64,000 bases of DNA, from contig CAJXRQ010000013.1 of NCBI GenBank assembly GCA_913060505.1, forward strand, positions 4,162-68,161, written 5' to 3'. The translations under genes and the position numbers were made by a program. The DNA comes from an uncultured Desulfovibrio sp. (lineage in GTDB: Bacteria > Desulfobacterota > Desulfovibrionia > Desulfovibrionales > Desulfovibrionaceae). Below are positions 1 to 8,935 of the stretch, piece by piece (position 1 is the first letter of the stretch; every line of letters begins with the position of its first letter). The notes under the pieces were generated by a model. It worked only from the letters and a program-made list of their open reading frames with translations, did no database searches and was not told the DNA's origin.

Positions 1-3000
1 GCTTGAATCGGGTGGGAGCCCATTCAGGATTGTCCGGAGTGATGTACTTGTCATACTGGCGTGCCCATTTGAGCGCTTCCTCGTACCGCCCGGAACGCTC
101 GGTGGCATAGATGGACATGAGCACTGCATCCTTGACCTTCTCAGGATCGCCCTTGGTCTGCAGCAACAGGGTCAATGCTTCCTGCGCATAGGCAAAGACA
201 CGCTTGAGATCCTGATGTTTCATGGCATCCTTGGCCATGTAATACATGGCATAGCCCCTGAATGCAGGGTCAACTTCTGGGTCCATGCCCAATTCGGCCC
301 AAAGCGGCAGGGCCTGCTTGGCATCGCCCATATTCTGCAAGGCCATGGCCCGTGCATACTTGAGCTGGCGCTGCTGACGCGGTTTCAGGTTCCATTTATC
401 CGTGGCACGGGCAACAAGCTTGTTCATGCTGTCCCAGGCATACTGGTCAAGATAGATCCCGACAGCCAGATCAATGGCCTTGCTTGAAATATCGGGAATC
501 TGCTTGTCACCAAGATACGGCTTGATGATTTTCAAAGCCTGCTCGGGCTGGCCCATCTTCCAATAACTGGTGGCGACCATGAGGCGGGTGTTGTCATCAA
601 CCTGGGTGTCACCCTTGCCAATAAAGTTGTAATTCTCCCAATAGTTCAAGACTCTCTGATAGTTACCGTCTTCCACCAATTCAGGGACGGCCAGAGCAAA
701 GACCTTGTCTCCCAACGCCCGGGCCCGGTCCTTGAGGTCACTTCCGGGGAACTTGTCGAGGAAGTCCTGCGAAGCTCCCAAGGCGTCCGCATATTTCTTA
801 TTGAAGGCGTACCACATGGCCAGCTTGAGCTGTGCAACAGGAGCCAGCGGGCTCTCCGGGTATTTCTCCACAATTTCCTTGTATACGTTTACCGGCCGCA
901 AGGTGTAGGGGCGGTCAAACACCGAAACCATCTGAACCATGGTGGGATCGTCGTAGATCCCCTCTTCGGCCAAACGCATCTTGGAGACAAGTCCGCCTTC
1001 CTTGTCCGGATAATCTTTGGCAGCTTTTTCGTAAATTTCACGTGCAGGCTGTTTGAATCCCTGCTTCAGGTAGATATCACCGATCCTGCCCAAAGCAATA
1101 TCCGCAGACTCGGCCTCGGGGTTGAGGTTGTAATAGGTAAAATAATGGTCCTTGGCCAAAGCATATTTCTTGAGTCGCATCTCAATGCCGCCAGCCAGCA
1201 GCAAATAGTCGGGACGGGCCATGTAGTAATCAGGCCAGCGCTTGTCTATGTAGTCCACGATCTGAAAGGCCTGCTTGTCATAGCCGATGCGTTCCAAAGC
1301 CTGTGCCAGAAGAAACGCGGCGTCCTTGACCAACTCGTTCTCCGGGTAGGTCTGCACGAGATATTGGAGTTGATCGGCAGCCTTGCGGTATTCGCCCTTG
1401 CGAAAATAGTACTCTCCCCAATAATAACTGATTGAGGGAATGACCTGATCGTCAGGATACTTGCTTTGCAGGATACTGAAGTATGCCTTGGCTTCGGGAA
1501 GGTTCCCCACTTTCAGGTTGATGAGTCCAAGGTTGACCAGAGCCCGCGGAGCCTTTTTCGAATCGGGATTATAGTTCAGCGCCTCGGTATACGCGCCGGC
1601 GATTTCATCAAACTTGTCCGCAGGGTCGTTTGAATAAAGCTGCATGTCGATGTCGCCCAGAGAATACAGAGCTTCCTCCCGCAAGGCGTCCGGCAACAAC
1701 GGATGCGGCAAAAGCTTCTCAAAAGCTTCCTTGGCGGCCTCAAGATTTCCGTTGACCATCAGGGACTGTGCTTCCAAGGTGTCATTCCGCAACTTTTCCA
1801 GCATCTGCGTGGCATTGTCATCCTTTGCCTGAGTCGGCTCTGTCGCGTCCTGCTCGGCGGAAAGGGGCTCGGCAGCATCTTGCTGAGGCTTGGCCTTGCT
1901 CTCAGCTATTGCTTCCTCTTCCGAACCAGCAGGAAGAGCTGAGCCGGAAGCATTGTCTGAAACAGTAACGGAAGCATCTGCTTGGGATACGGTATCAGGA
2001 AGAGGGGCAGGAGCAGCCGTCACTTCACTTTGCGCGGTCGCATTGGTCCGAGAGGAAGAACCAAATGATGCTGGAGGGGGAGCAACGGCCCCGGACACGG
2101 AATGGCTGTCACCGGAAGTGATAGCATGTGCCATAGGCCCTGTATCCTGCGCATCAGGTGGGGGAACCGACTGTGAAACCTTGGAAGACGCTTCGACCGG
2201 GCTCTGATCAGGAGGAGGCGCAACAGCCGAACTCACAGTAGAAGAGGCCGAAGCATTACTCGAAGCCACGGGCTGTGAGACCCCGGAAAGTGGCATTTGC
2301 GCGGGAGGCGGCGAAACTTGGCCACGAACACCATCCCCGCCCTTTCCTTCCAATGAAGTCGATCCCGGAAGTGTAACCACCGGAGCTTGCGCATTCTTCG
2401 CTCCACCAAGCTCGGCGAGCTTGACGTCCTCGGCCTGCTTGTCCGTAGCCTTGAAGCGCATGGCATGTGTTGCCGTGCTGTTGCCGGAACCAGGTGGAGG
2501 GGTCACATTGGTACGTACCGTATAGGGAACCGAAAAAAATGGCTTATGGGTATCGTTATCCGTCGGCTGGAGATCCCTTTCCGAGACTTGTGACGTCGGC
2601 TTGGCCTTTTGCTGAGGCTTTTGGACAACCTCTTTCTTTGCGGTAGCCTTTTTCTGCGCAGGCTTCGGCTTTGCAGGCGGAGCCGGGGCTGGCTTGGCTT
2701 TTGGCTTAGGTTTCGGCTTTGTCTTGTTTTTTACAGCCGGACGAGGTGTCGTTTTTTTGGGAGTCTGAGCAATAGGTTTGCGCTGGGACGGAGGCTTCCA
2801 ACGGGCGCCAATGGGATCGCGAAAAAACTGGATGAGCACCTGAGGTTTGTCAGGTGACTGAATTTTAATAAAACCAAACGCTTTTGTCTTGGTGTTGATG
2901 ATCAGGGAATTGCCGGAAACACTAACTGACGAGACGATTCTACTACCGCGCAACCCAGGAATGTTCGGCCTTCGTTCGCCCTGCCAGCCGCTCGCCGGAA

Positions 3001-3199
3001 TCGCAACAGTCACAGCTGTAGTGCCGGTCCTCCGCACGGAAAAGTCGGGAATACGTCCAGAATCGAACGTCAGGGTCATGCGGTCGGAATCACCACGCGA
3101 GGCCACACCGACGCCAAGAGCCTGCGCCGGAATGGCACCAAAGCCACCTGAGCAGGTAAGGACGGCAAACGCCAACGCTATGCGTATTACATTTTTCAC
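1..3199 (-). CDS. Large secreted tetratricopeptide-repeat protein (3' end runs off the window)
   Basis: Absent from the ORF track because no stop lies in the window. Hand translation from GTG at 3199 gives a signal peptide (MKNVIRIALAFAVLTCSGGFGAIPAQA), a beta-rich N-domain, a Pro/Ala/Ser/Lys-rich linker, then TPR-like helices (ALVNLGLINLKVGNLPEAKAYF, YYWGEYYFRKGEYRKAADQL). The same frame reads as protein at positions 2-85. Confidence 0.85.
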   Translation of the reverse strand, partial: MKNVIRIALAFAVLTCSGGFGAIPAQALGVGVASRGDSDRMTLTFDSGRIPDFSVRRTGTTAVTVAIPASGWQGERRPNIPGLRGSRIVSSVSVSGNSLIINTKTKAFGFIKIQSPDKPQVLIQFFRDPIGARWKPPSQRKPIAQTPKKTTPRPAVKNKTKPKPKPKAKPAPAPPAKPKPAQKKATAKKEVVQKPQQKAKPTSQVSERDLQPTDNDTHKPFFSVPYTVRTNVTPPPGSGNSTATHAMRFKATDKQAEDVKLAELGGAKNAQAPVVTLPGSTSLEGKGGDGVRGQVSPPPAQMPLSGVSQPVASSNASASSTVSSAVAPPPDQSPVEASSKVSQSVPPPDAQDTGPMAHAITSGDSHSVSGAVAPPPASFGSSSRTNATAQSEVTAAPAPLPDTVSQADASVTVSDNASGSALPAGSEEEAIAESKAKPQQDAAEPLSAEQDATEPTQAKDDNATQMLEKLRNDTLEAQSLMVNGNLEAAKEAFEKLLPHPLLPDALREEALYSLGDIDMQLYSNDPADKFDEIAGAYTEALNYNPDSKKAPRALVNLGLINLKVGNLPEAKAYFSILQSKYPDDQVIPSISYYWGEYYFRKGEYRKAADQLQYLVQTYPENELVKDAAFLLAQALERIGYDKQAFQIVDYIDKRWPDYYMARPDYLLLAGGIEMRLKKYALAKDHYFTYYNLNPEAESADIALGRIGDIYLKQGFKQPAREIYEKAAKDYPDKEGGLVSKMRLAEEGIYDDPTMVQMVSVFDRPYTLRPVNVYKEIVEKYPESPLAPVAQLKLAMWYAFNKKYADALGASQDFLDKFPGSDLKDRARALGDKVFALAVPELVEDGNYQRVLNYWENYNFIGKGDTQVDDNTRLMVATSYWKMGQPEQALKIIKPYLGDKQIPDISSKAIDLAVGIYLDQYAWDSMNKLVARATDKWNLKPRQQRQLKYARAMALQNMGDAKQALPLWAELGMDPEVDPAFRGYAMYYMAKDAMKHQDLKRVFAYAQEALTLLLQTKGDPEKVKDAVLMSIYATERSGRYEEALKWARQYDKYITPDNPEWAPTRFK

Positions 3200-3265
3200 A
3201 GCCACGTCATGGTGTTATGCAAAACCCGTGTTTTCAGAGCGCAACCAAATTGCGCCCGCAAGCGC

Positions 3266-4285
3266 CTAGTTATCAAGCAATTTCCGTTTTTTGATCTTCT
3301 CAATCAAGGTAGTCCTCTTGATTCCCAACAATTCCGCGGCCTTGTTCTTAACGCCTCCGGCCGAATCCAGCGCCTCCAACATCAGGCGGTCTTCAATGGA
3401 TTCCAGGAACTCCTTGAGCGCTCCGGCCTTGTCCCGCATGTCGTCCAAGGTCGGCCAGGTAAATCCGGCAGGCCGAACAACAACGTCCTCTACTTTCTTC
3501 AAGGGTTTCTCACCTACATCCTGCCAAATCTTGTCAGGCAGATCTTCGGGAGTTATCTCCTTGTTATCGCAAAGGATGGAAAGCCGCTCCATAAAATTTT
3601 CCAACTCGCGCACGTTGCCGGGCCACGAATAGGTCAACAGCATTTCCTTGGTTTTATCGGCCAGGCTCAACTTTGCCCGGTCTTTCTCCAGGCAGAAGCG
3701 TCCCAAAAAATGCCGAGCCAGCGTCAATATGTCTCCTCCCCTTTCACGGAGAGGGGGAAGGTGCATGGGAATCACGTTCAGGCGATAGAACAGGTCTTCA
3801 CGAAAACGTCCCGCGGTAACCTCCTTTTCCAAATCGCGGTTGGTTGCGGCCACAACACGTACATCAACCTTTTTGATCTGCGTTCCGCCCACCCGCTCGA
3901 TTTCCTTTTCCTGCAAGGCGCGCAAGATCTTGACCTGCAAACTTAGGTCCATTTCCCCAATTTCATCGAGGAAAATGGTTCCTCCGTCTGCGAGCTCGAA
4001 GCGACCGGGACGGGAACGAACAGCGTGGGTAAACGCTCCCTTCTCATGTCCAAACAACTCGGATTCCAACAATTCCTTGGGAATAGCTCCGCAGTTGATG
4101 GGAACAAAGGGATTGGCCGCCCGACTGCTGTTGCGGTGGAGAGCGCGAACTATGAGTTCCTTACCGGTCCCGGATTCTCCGGTAACGAGTACGGTGCTCT
4201 CTGTAGGCGCAACTTTTTCAATTATTTTAAATACCTCAGATAAAGCTGAGCTGTCTCCGATTATGCCATCCAAATTGAGAGCCAT
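3266..4285 (-). CDS. Sigma-54-dependent activator (AAA+ plus Fis-type HTH, no N-terminal regulatory domain), FleQ/FlrA-like
   Basis: GESGTGKE Walker A, ESELFGHEKGAFTHA, FLDEIGE, WPGNVRELEN, C-terminal HTH AAELLGIKRTTL. Start moved to ATG 4285, which has a GGAGGA RBS. Confidence 0.9.
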   Translation of the reverse strand: MALNLDGIIGDSSALSEVFKIIEKVAPTESTVLVTGESGTGKELIVRALHRNSSRAANPFVPINCGAIPKELLESELFGHEKGAFTHAVRSRPGRFELADGGTIFLDEIGEMDLSLQVKILRALQEKEIERVGGTQIKKVDVRVVAATNRDLEKEVTAGRFREDLFYRLNVIPMHLPPLRERGGDILTLARHFLGRFCLEKDRAKLSLADKTKEMLLTYSWPGNVRELENFMERLSILCDNKEITPEDLPDKIWQDVGEKPLKKVEDVVVRPAGFTWPTLDDMRDKAGALKEFLESIEDRLMLEALDSAGGVKNKAAELLGIKRTTLIEKIKKRKLLDN

Positions 4286-4371
4286 CGGTCCTCCGGACAT
4301 GTGTGTGGAAATGGCTTGAAAACTATGGGTCATAGGGCTTCTGCCACAATGCCCATGCTTTATTTTTCACT

Positions 4372-4385
4372 GTCAACGAAATGAC
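4372..4385. promoter_or_regulatory. GTCA-N6-TGAC palindrome (FleQ-box-like) upstream of the sigma-54 activator
   Basis: GTCAACGAAATGAC; extra TGTCA half-sites at 4390-4394 and 4399-4403. Confidence 0.4.
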
Positions 4386-4582
4386 GGTTTGTCAAGGTTG
4401 TCATGAAAAAATTTAGAAAAAAAATGCAAGAAAGCAGTACGGTTAGCCTGAGACAACGCACGACGAATCAGGTTCCCAATGTTCAAATACCATAAAAACG
4501 GCATGCAACAGACTGTTTTTTAACGAAAATAAAAAGGCCCGGACATAGCCCGGACCTTACATCTCACTATGAAAGGCAATCG

Positions 4583-5983
4583 TTACGCGCGGCGAATGAT
4601 TTCCTTGGCGGGAATCAGGGCCGTGGCTGCGGCGGAAACAATATTTCCGGCCACGCCGGGGCCATCTCCGGCCACAAAAAGGCCTTCAATGGCCGTTTCC
4701 AGTTCGTTCGATGTATCCACCTGTGTAGCAAAAAACTTGATTTCCGGGGCATACAACAACGTTTCGTCATTGGACACACCGGGCACCACCTCATTGAGTT
4801 GCTCCAGTCCATCCACAAGGTTTGTCACGATCCGCTCAGGCAAAGCCATGGCGATATCCCCACAAACAACATCCTTGAGTGTAGGCTCAATGTAGCTGTT
4901 CTTGATACGATTCCAGGTGGAACGACGCCCACGCTTCAAATCGCCAAAACGCTGGAGGATCGGCTTGCCGCCGCCAATGATGGTGGCCAGCTTGCCGATG
5001 GATTCACCATATGCCTGATTGTCTTCCACCGGGTCCGTAAGCACCACCTTGGACAGGAAGGCAAAGTTGGTGTTGTCCGACTTGAGATCCATATAGGCAT
5101 GGCCGTTGACACACACGAAATCCTGATAGTTTTCGACGGCAACAAAACCGCCGAGATTGGTACAGAATGTCCGCGTCTGGTCGTCATATTTGTTCGTGCG
5201 CACAAAGAAGGTCGGATCATAGATGATACTGCACAGGTCTTCCATGATCTCATTGTGGACCTCGACGCGCACGCCGACCTCAATACCGCGTTGAGACACG
5301 TTGATACCATGCCCCTTGACTACGGAGGCCACCCACTCTGCTCCGACACGGCCGGGGGCCAGGATTACGTTGGGGGCTGTATAATTTCCGCGACTGGAGA
5401 CAACGCCGGTCACACGACCGTCTTCTACCGTCACGTCCCGTACTTCCTCGGAAGTATGAAAAATAACACCCTTGTCTTTTATATGCTCGGCCATTCCGGC
5501 AATATGCCCCGGCAGATTGTCGGAACCGAGGTGCTTCTGCTTGATGAGCAGCAGGTCTATCCCCCGCCGCTTGGCTTCTTTGCGGATGGCTTTGGCGTCA
5601 TTCTGATTGGTGGGGAAGACCTTGCCGTCCATGTTGAAACGGTTGAAGATTTCCTCTGTCTCATCAATAAGCTTGTTGGCCTCGGACATGGGCATAAACT
5701 GGGTCAGATCAGTCTTGCCCAGCTTGGGAATGAAGTTAAGCTTGCCATCAGAAAACAACCCGGCCCCGCCGACGCCGCACAGGATGTTGCACGGTCGGCA
5801 TTTCACGCAATACTGGTCTCCGGAAATGGGACAGTTGCGTTTGAGAGATGGCTTTCCCTTTTCAATGACCAGCACATCCAAGTTGGAGTGCTCGCCCAGA
5901 TAATAGGCGGCAAAAAGTCCGGCAGGACCTCCGCCGACAATGATGACATCAAAGTTTGTTTTTACAGGCTTTGCTGAAGCCAT
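4583..5983 (-). CDS. NAD(P)/FAD-dependent oxidoreductase (uncharacterised FAD-dependent dehydrogenase type) with a Cys cluster
   Basis: IIVGGGPAG Rossmann motif, GVGGAGLFSDGKL, C-terminal GLFVAGDG, Cys-rich CPISGDQYCVKCRPC. ATG 5983 has a GGAGG RBS. Confidence 0.85.
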   Translation of the reverse strand: MASAKPVKTNFDVIIVGGGPAGLFAAYYLGEHSNLDVLVIEKGKPSLKRNCPISGDQYCVKCRPCNILCGVGGAGLFSDGKLNFIPKLGKTDLTQFMPMSEANKLIDETEEIFNRFNMDGKVFPTNQNDAKAIRKEAKRRGIDLLLIKQKHLGSDNLPGHIAGMAEHIKDKGVIFHTSEEVRDVTVEDGRVTGVVSSRGNYTAPNVILAPGRVGAEWVASVVKGHGINVSQRGIEVGVRVEVHNEIMEDLCSIIYDPTFFVRTNKYDDQTRTFCTNLGGFVAVENYQDFVCVNGHAYMDLKSDNTNFAFLSKVVLTDPVEDNQAYGESIGKLATIIGGGKPILQRFGDLKRGRRSTWNRIKNSYIEPTLKDVVCGDIAMALPERIVTNLVDGLEQLNEVVPGVSNDETLLYAPEIKFFATQVDTSNELETAIEGLFVAGDGPGVAGNIVSAAATALIPAKEIIRRA

Positions 5984-6150
5984 GGTTCGACCTCCGTGAA
6001 CACGGGTATGGCCCAACCGCTTTGCGCAGAACGGCGCGCAGACGGGCCATAGTTTACACTAGTCGAACAACTAAAACAATGTCAAGCAGAACTAGCGTGG
6101 CAAACACAAAAAAAAGAGAACAAGGCCATATTCTCCCCTCAAAAAAATAA

Positions 6151-6172
6151 AAAAGCCCCGCAAAGCGGGGCC
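6151..6172 (-). terminator. Rho-independent terminator
   Basis: GCCCCGC-AAA-GCGGGGC stem next to an A-run (U-tract on the minus strand). Confidence 0.65.
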
Positions 6173-6195
6173 GGACATTTACTATAACAAAAAAA

Positions 6196-6525
6196 TCAAA
6201 CCAGCATATCCAGCAAATAGCCGGTGGTCTGGTCTCCTGCATGAATCACGGCAGCATTCGCGGCATAAGCATTTTCCGTGGTTATCATGCCCACCATTTC
6301 ACTGGCTGTGTCCACGTTGCTGGTTTCCCGACCTTCGAACATGGCACCGGGAGTCGTATCCGTAGTTATGGAAGAAACACGCACACCATCCCCTTCCGGC
6401 CCGGACTCCAGGTTGGCCCTGGAAGCCTGAAAGCCATCCGTATTTACATTGGCAACGTTATTGGCCGTCACCTGATACGCTGATCCCAACGCATCCATGG
6501 CAGAGATGTTGGCATTAATATTCAT
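6196..6525 (-). CDS. Short flagellar basal-body rod/hook-family protein (N- and C-terminal D0 motifs only)
   Basis: ANNVANVNTDGFQ N-motif and SNVDTASEMVGMITTENAYAANAAVI C-motif in about 109 aa. Confidence 0.8.
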   Translation of the reverse strand: MNINANISAMDALGSAYQVTANNVANVNTDGFQASRANLESGPEGDGVRVSSITTDTTPGAMFEGRETSNVDTASEMVGMITTENAYAANAAVIHAGDQTTGYLLDMLV

Positions 6526-6634
6526 GTGAATATCATACCCCGACAGGACATATAAAGGCAAGCAAAGAGCGTAGGAGGGAAAAACTTCGGCAAATCAGAC
6601 AATTGCGCCGGACCTACTGCCCGGCGCAACATAA

Positions 6635-7402
6635 TTACTTGCTTTCGATAATTGCAAACGCGGAATGGTTATGAATGGATTCATAGCTTTCCACCTCAAC
6701 ACGATACCATAAAACCTGAGGGTGATCTTCAAGCCCCCGCGCGGTTTCACGCACCACGTCTTCCACAAAGCAGGGATTGGCAAAAGCCGATTCGGTCACA
6801 TGCTTTTCGTCTTCACGCTTGAGCAATGTATATACGGGACTGGAACCGGCCCGCTCTGCGATCTCGATAATATCCTCAAGCCAAAGAAAACCGTCGAAAC
6901 GGCACCGGATGCGCACCACCGCCCTTTGACTGTGAGCGCCTTCGTCACTGATGGCCTTGGAGCAAGGGCAAACGGTCATGACAGGCACTTCCGCGCCCAA
7001 GGTAAACAACAGCTTGCCGTCGGTATATTCTCCCTCAACGGAGCACTTGTAATCCATGACCCCGTGGGCGCCGCTCTTGGGCGACGTTTTACGCAGAAAA
7101 TACGGGAACACCAAACGACAATGGGCGCTCCGGGCGTCAAGCCGTTGAATGATGTCACGCAACAGCGTCCTGAATGCTCCGCAGTCAAGATCCTCTGCCC
7201 AATTTTCCATGGCCTCCACAAAGCGGCTCATGTGCGTTCCCTTGAACCTGGCAGGCAAATCCACGGAAAGATCCACTTTGGCAATGGTATGCTGCGTTCC
7301 CTTGACCTTGTGGCGAACCCTGAGCGGCAGGCGCAAATCTTTAACGCCGACCTTGTCGATTGGCATGGAAATGCCGGGTTGCGCGTTCTGTACGTCTTCC
7401 AT
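6635..7402 (-). CDS. folE2: GTP cyclohydrolase FolE2 (type IB)
   Basis: MEDVQ start, [43 protein letters not shown]. Confidence 0.95.
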   Translation of the reverse strand: MEDVQNAQPGISMPIDKVGVKDLRLPLRVRHKVKGTQHTIAKVDLSVDLPARFKGTHMSRFVEAMENWAEDLDCGAFRTLLRDIIQRLDARSAHCRLVFPYFLRKTSPKSGAHGVMDYKCSVEGEYTDGKLLFTLGAEVPVMTVCPCSKAISDEGAHSQRAVVRIRCRFDGFLWLEDIIEIAERAGSSPVYTLLKREDEKHVTESAFANPCFVEDVVRETARGLEDHPQVLWYRVEVESYESIHNHSAFAIIESK

Positions 7403-7423
7403 GTAAATCCGTTTCCCCGTTGT

Positions 7424-7843
7424 TTAGATCAATTCCTTTCCTGTCGTGGTCAAGGAAAGATCGCCATGTTTTACGCCCTTTGTGGACATGAGTTTTTGGC
7501 CAAGCGACTTGATAATATCTGCCTCGCCTTTCAGTACGATGACCTCAAGGCAATTATGATGATCAAGATGAATATGCATGGTCGTCTGAATAACATGATG
7601 CGCATCATGCTGAATTTCAGTCAACTTTTGCGTCAATCCGTTCTGATGATGGTCATAGACCAAGGTCAGGGTTCCGGCCAGTTCGCCGGAAGCGTCTTCC
7701 CATTCTTTTTGCACCAGTGTATTGCGGATCAAATCCCGAATGGCCTCGGAACGAGTCTGATAACTACGCTCTTGGCAGAGGTCGTCAAACTTTGCCAGCA
7801 GGTCGGAATCAAGCGAAACACCAAATCTGATTGTTTTGCCCAT
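7424..7843 (-). CDS. nikR: Nickel-responsive regulator NikR
   Basis: RFGVSL ribbon-helix-helix, [25 protein letters not shown] nickel site. Confidence 0.95.
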   Translation of the reverse strand: MGKTIRFGVSLDSDLLAKFDDLCQERSYQTRSEAIRDLIRNTLVQKEWEDASGELAGTLTLVYDHHQNGLTQKLTEIQHDAHHVIQTTMHIHLDHHNCLEVIVLKGEADIIKSLGQKLMSTKGVKHGDLSLTTTGKELI

Positions 7844-7919
7844 GATTATCTCCGTTATGGTTGTATTGGGTCGATGATCGAAGAAATCCGATCAGAAGCC
7901 ATAACACGGGAAGCCGTGT

Positions 7920-8600
7920 TCACAGCGTTATTTCCCAAAGGTTTACCGTTGCGTTCTGTCCGCACAGGGCAACCTTTTCCGTCGTCAGTTTTTTGGGGAA
8001 AAATCCGAGTTCCTCCAGCTGGGGCCAAACCGGCCGGGATACGGTCCGCACTGGCTCTCCTATCCAGATACGCCCGCCGGGAGCCACCGCGTATCGAAAC
8101 AAACGAATGAGAGGATCAAAAAAACGCTTTTCATACAGAATGTCACCACCCCATATAAAGTCAAAAGCACCTTGCCGTAACGCGGGTTTGCGCCAATCCA
8201 TGACTGTCCACAGCGGCTGCGGCACGTTGTTGAGCTCCGCATTGTGCCGGGCAAACCGCACCGCAGGCCATTCGTAATCAAATGCCGTCACTCGTGCGCC
8301 CTGTTCCGCGGCTATCATGCCGGTCAGTCCCAGTCCACATCCAAGATCCAGACAGTTGCGCCCTGCGAGAGCAGCTCCGTTACGCACTATCCAGCGCCCC
8401 AAAAGGACACTGGCCGGCCAGACCTCCACCCAATAGGGTAAACGTTCATCGTCATCAAGAACGACATCTTCCATGGCATCCCAGAGGGCCTCCAGATCCC
8501 CGGCCCGGTCCAACCGCCAAACACGGTCATCAACCGCAACCTCAACACGGCTGCCGGGCTCAATCAATTCCCCGGGTGCAACAGGGTTTGAATTCGTCAT
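7920..8600 (-). CDS. Class I SAM-dependent methyltransferase (Methyltransf_16 / protein-lysine MTase-like)
   Basis: LPYWVEVWPAS, LDLGCGLG motif I, FDFIWGGDILYE. Confidence 0.85.
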   Translation of the reverse strand: MTNSNPVAPGELIEPGSRVEVAVDDRVWRLDRAGDLEALWDAMEDVVLDDDERLPYWVEVWPASVLLGRWIVRNGAALAGRNCLDLGCGLGLTGMIAAEQGARVTAFDYEWPAVRFARHNAELNNVPQPLWTVMDWRKPALRQGAFDFIWGGDILYEKRFFDPLIRLFRYAVAPGGRIWIGEPVRTVSRPVWPQLEELGFFPKKLTTEKVALCGQNATVNLWEITL

Positions 8601-8783
8601 GGCGATTCATATTACCCACGACCGTAGCATAGTCAACTCCAAGAGTGGCACTAAACACATTCGCAAGAATACAAAAATCACATAAAGAGCACATATTAGG
8701 GCCAAAAAAACAACGAAGCCTCTTAACAAATAATAACAACAAGCCAGATAATCAGTGCAGGCTGCGCATGGCCACCGATTTAC

Positions 8784-8797
8784 GTCAAATGTTTGAC
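8784..8797. promoter_or_regulatory. Palindromic operator GTCAAA-TG-TTTGAC in the divergent methyltransferase/gcvH promoter region
   Basis: Perfect 6-bp inverted repeat in an AT-rich intergenic region. Confidence 0.45.
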
Positions 8798-8935
8798 TAT
8801 TTATGAATAAAAATCTTTCCAAAACACTCAAAACGCAGAAAACGTCATTTTTTTTACTATTTCCAACATAGGAATTCGATGCTAGAAATTCACAAATCGT
8901 AAAAGCCCGACCATCAATTCTCAGGAGGTAAATAC

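Noticed and set aside
3217-3232. Possible sigma-54 promoter for the TPR gene (AAACACGGGTTTTGCA on the minus strand)
   Set aside because: The -12 element fits but the invariant -24 GG is replaced by AA.
6510-6538. NikR operator near the folE2 / rod-like gene
   Set aside because: Only one GTATGA half-site, with no properly spaced partner.
8600-8935. Glycine riboswitch upstream of gcvH
   Set aside because: The region is AT-rich and I could not find the complete aptamer core; only a CTCAGG fragment next to the RBS is present.
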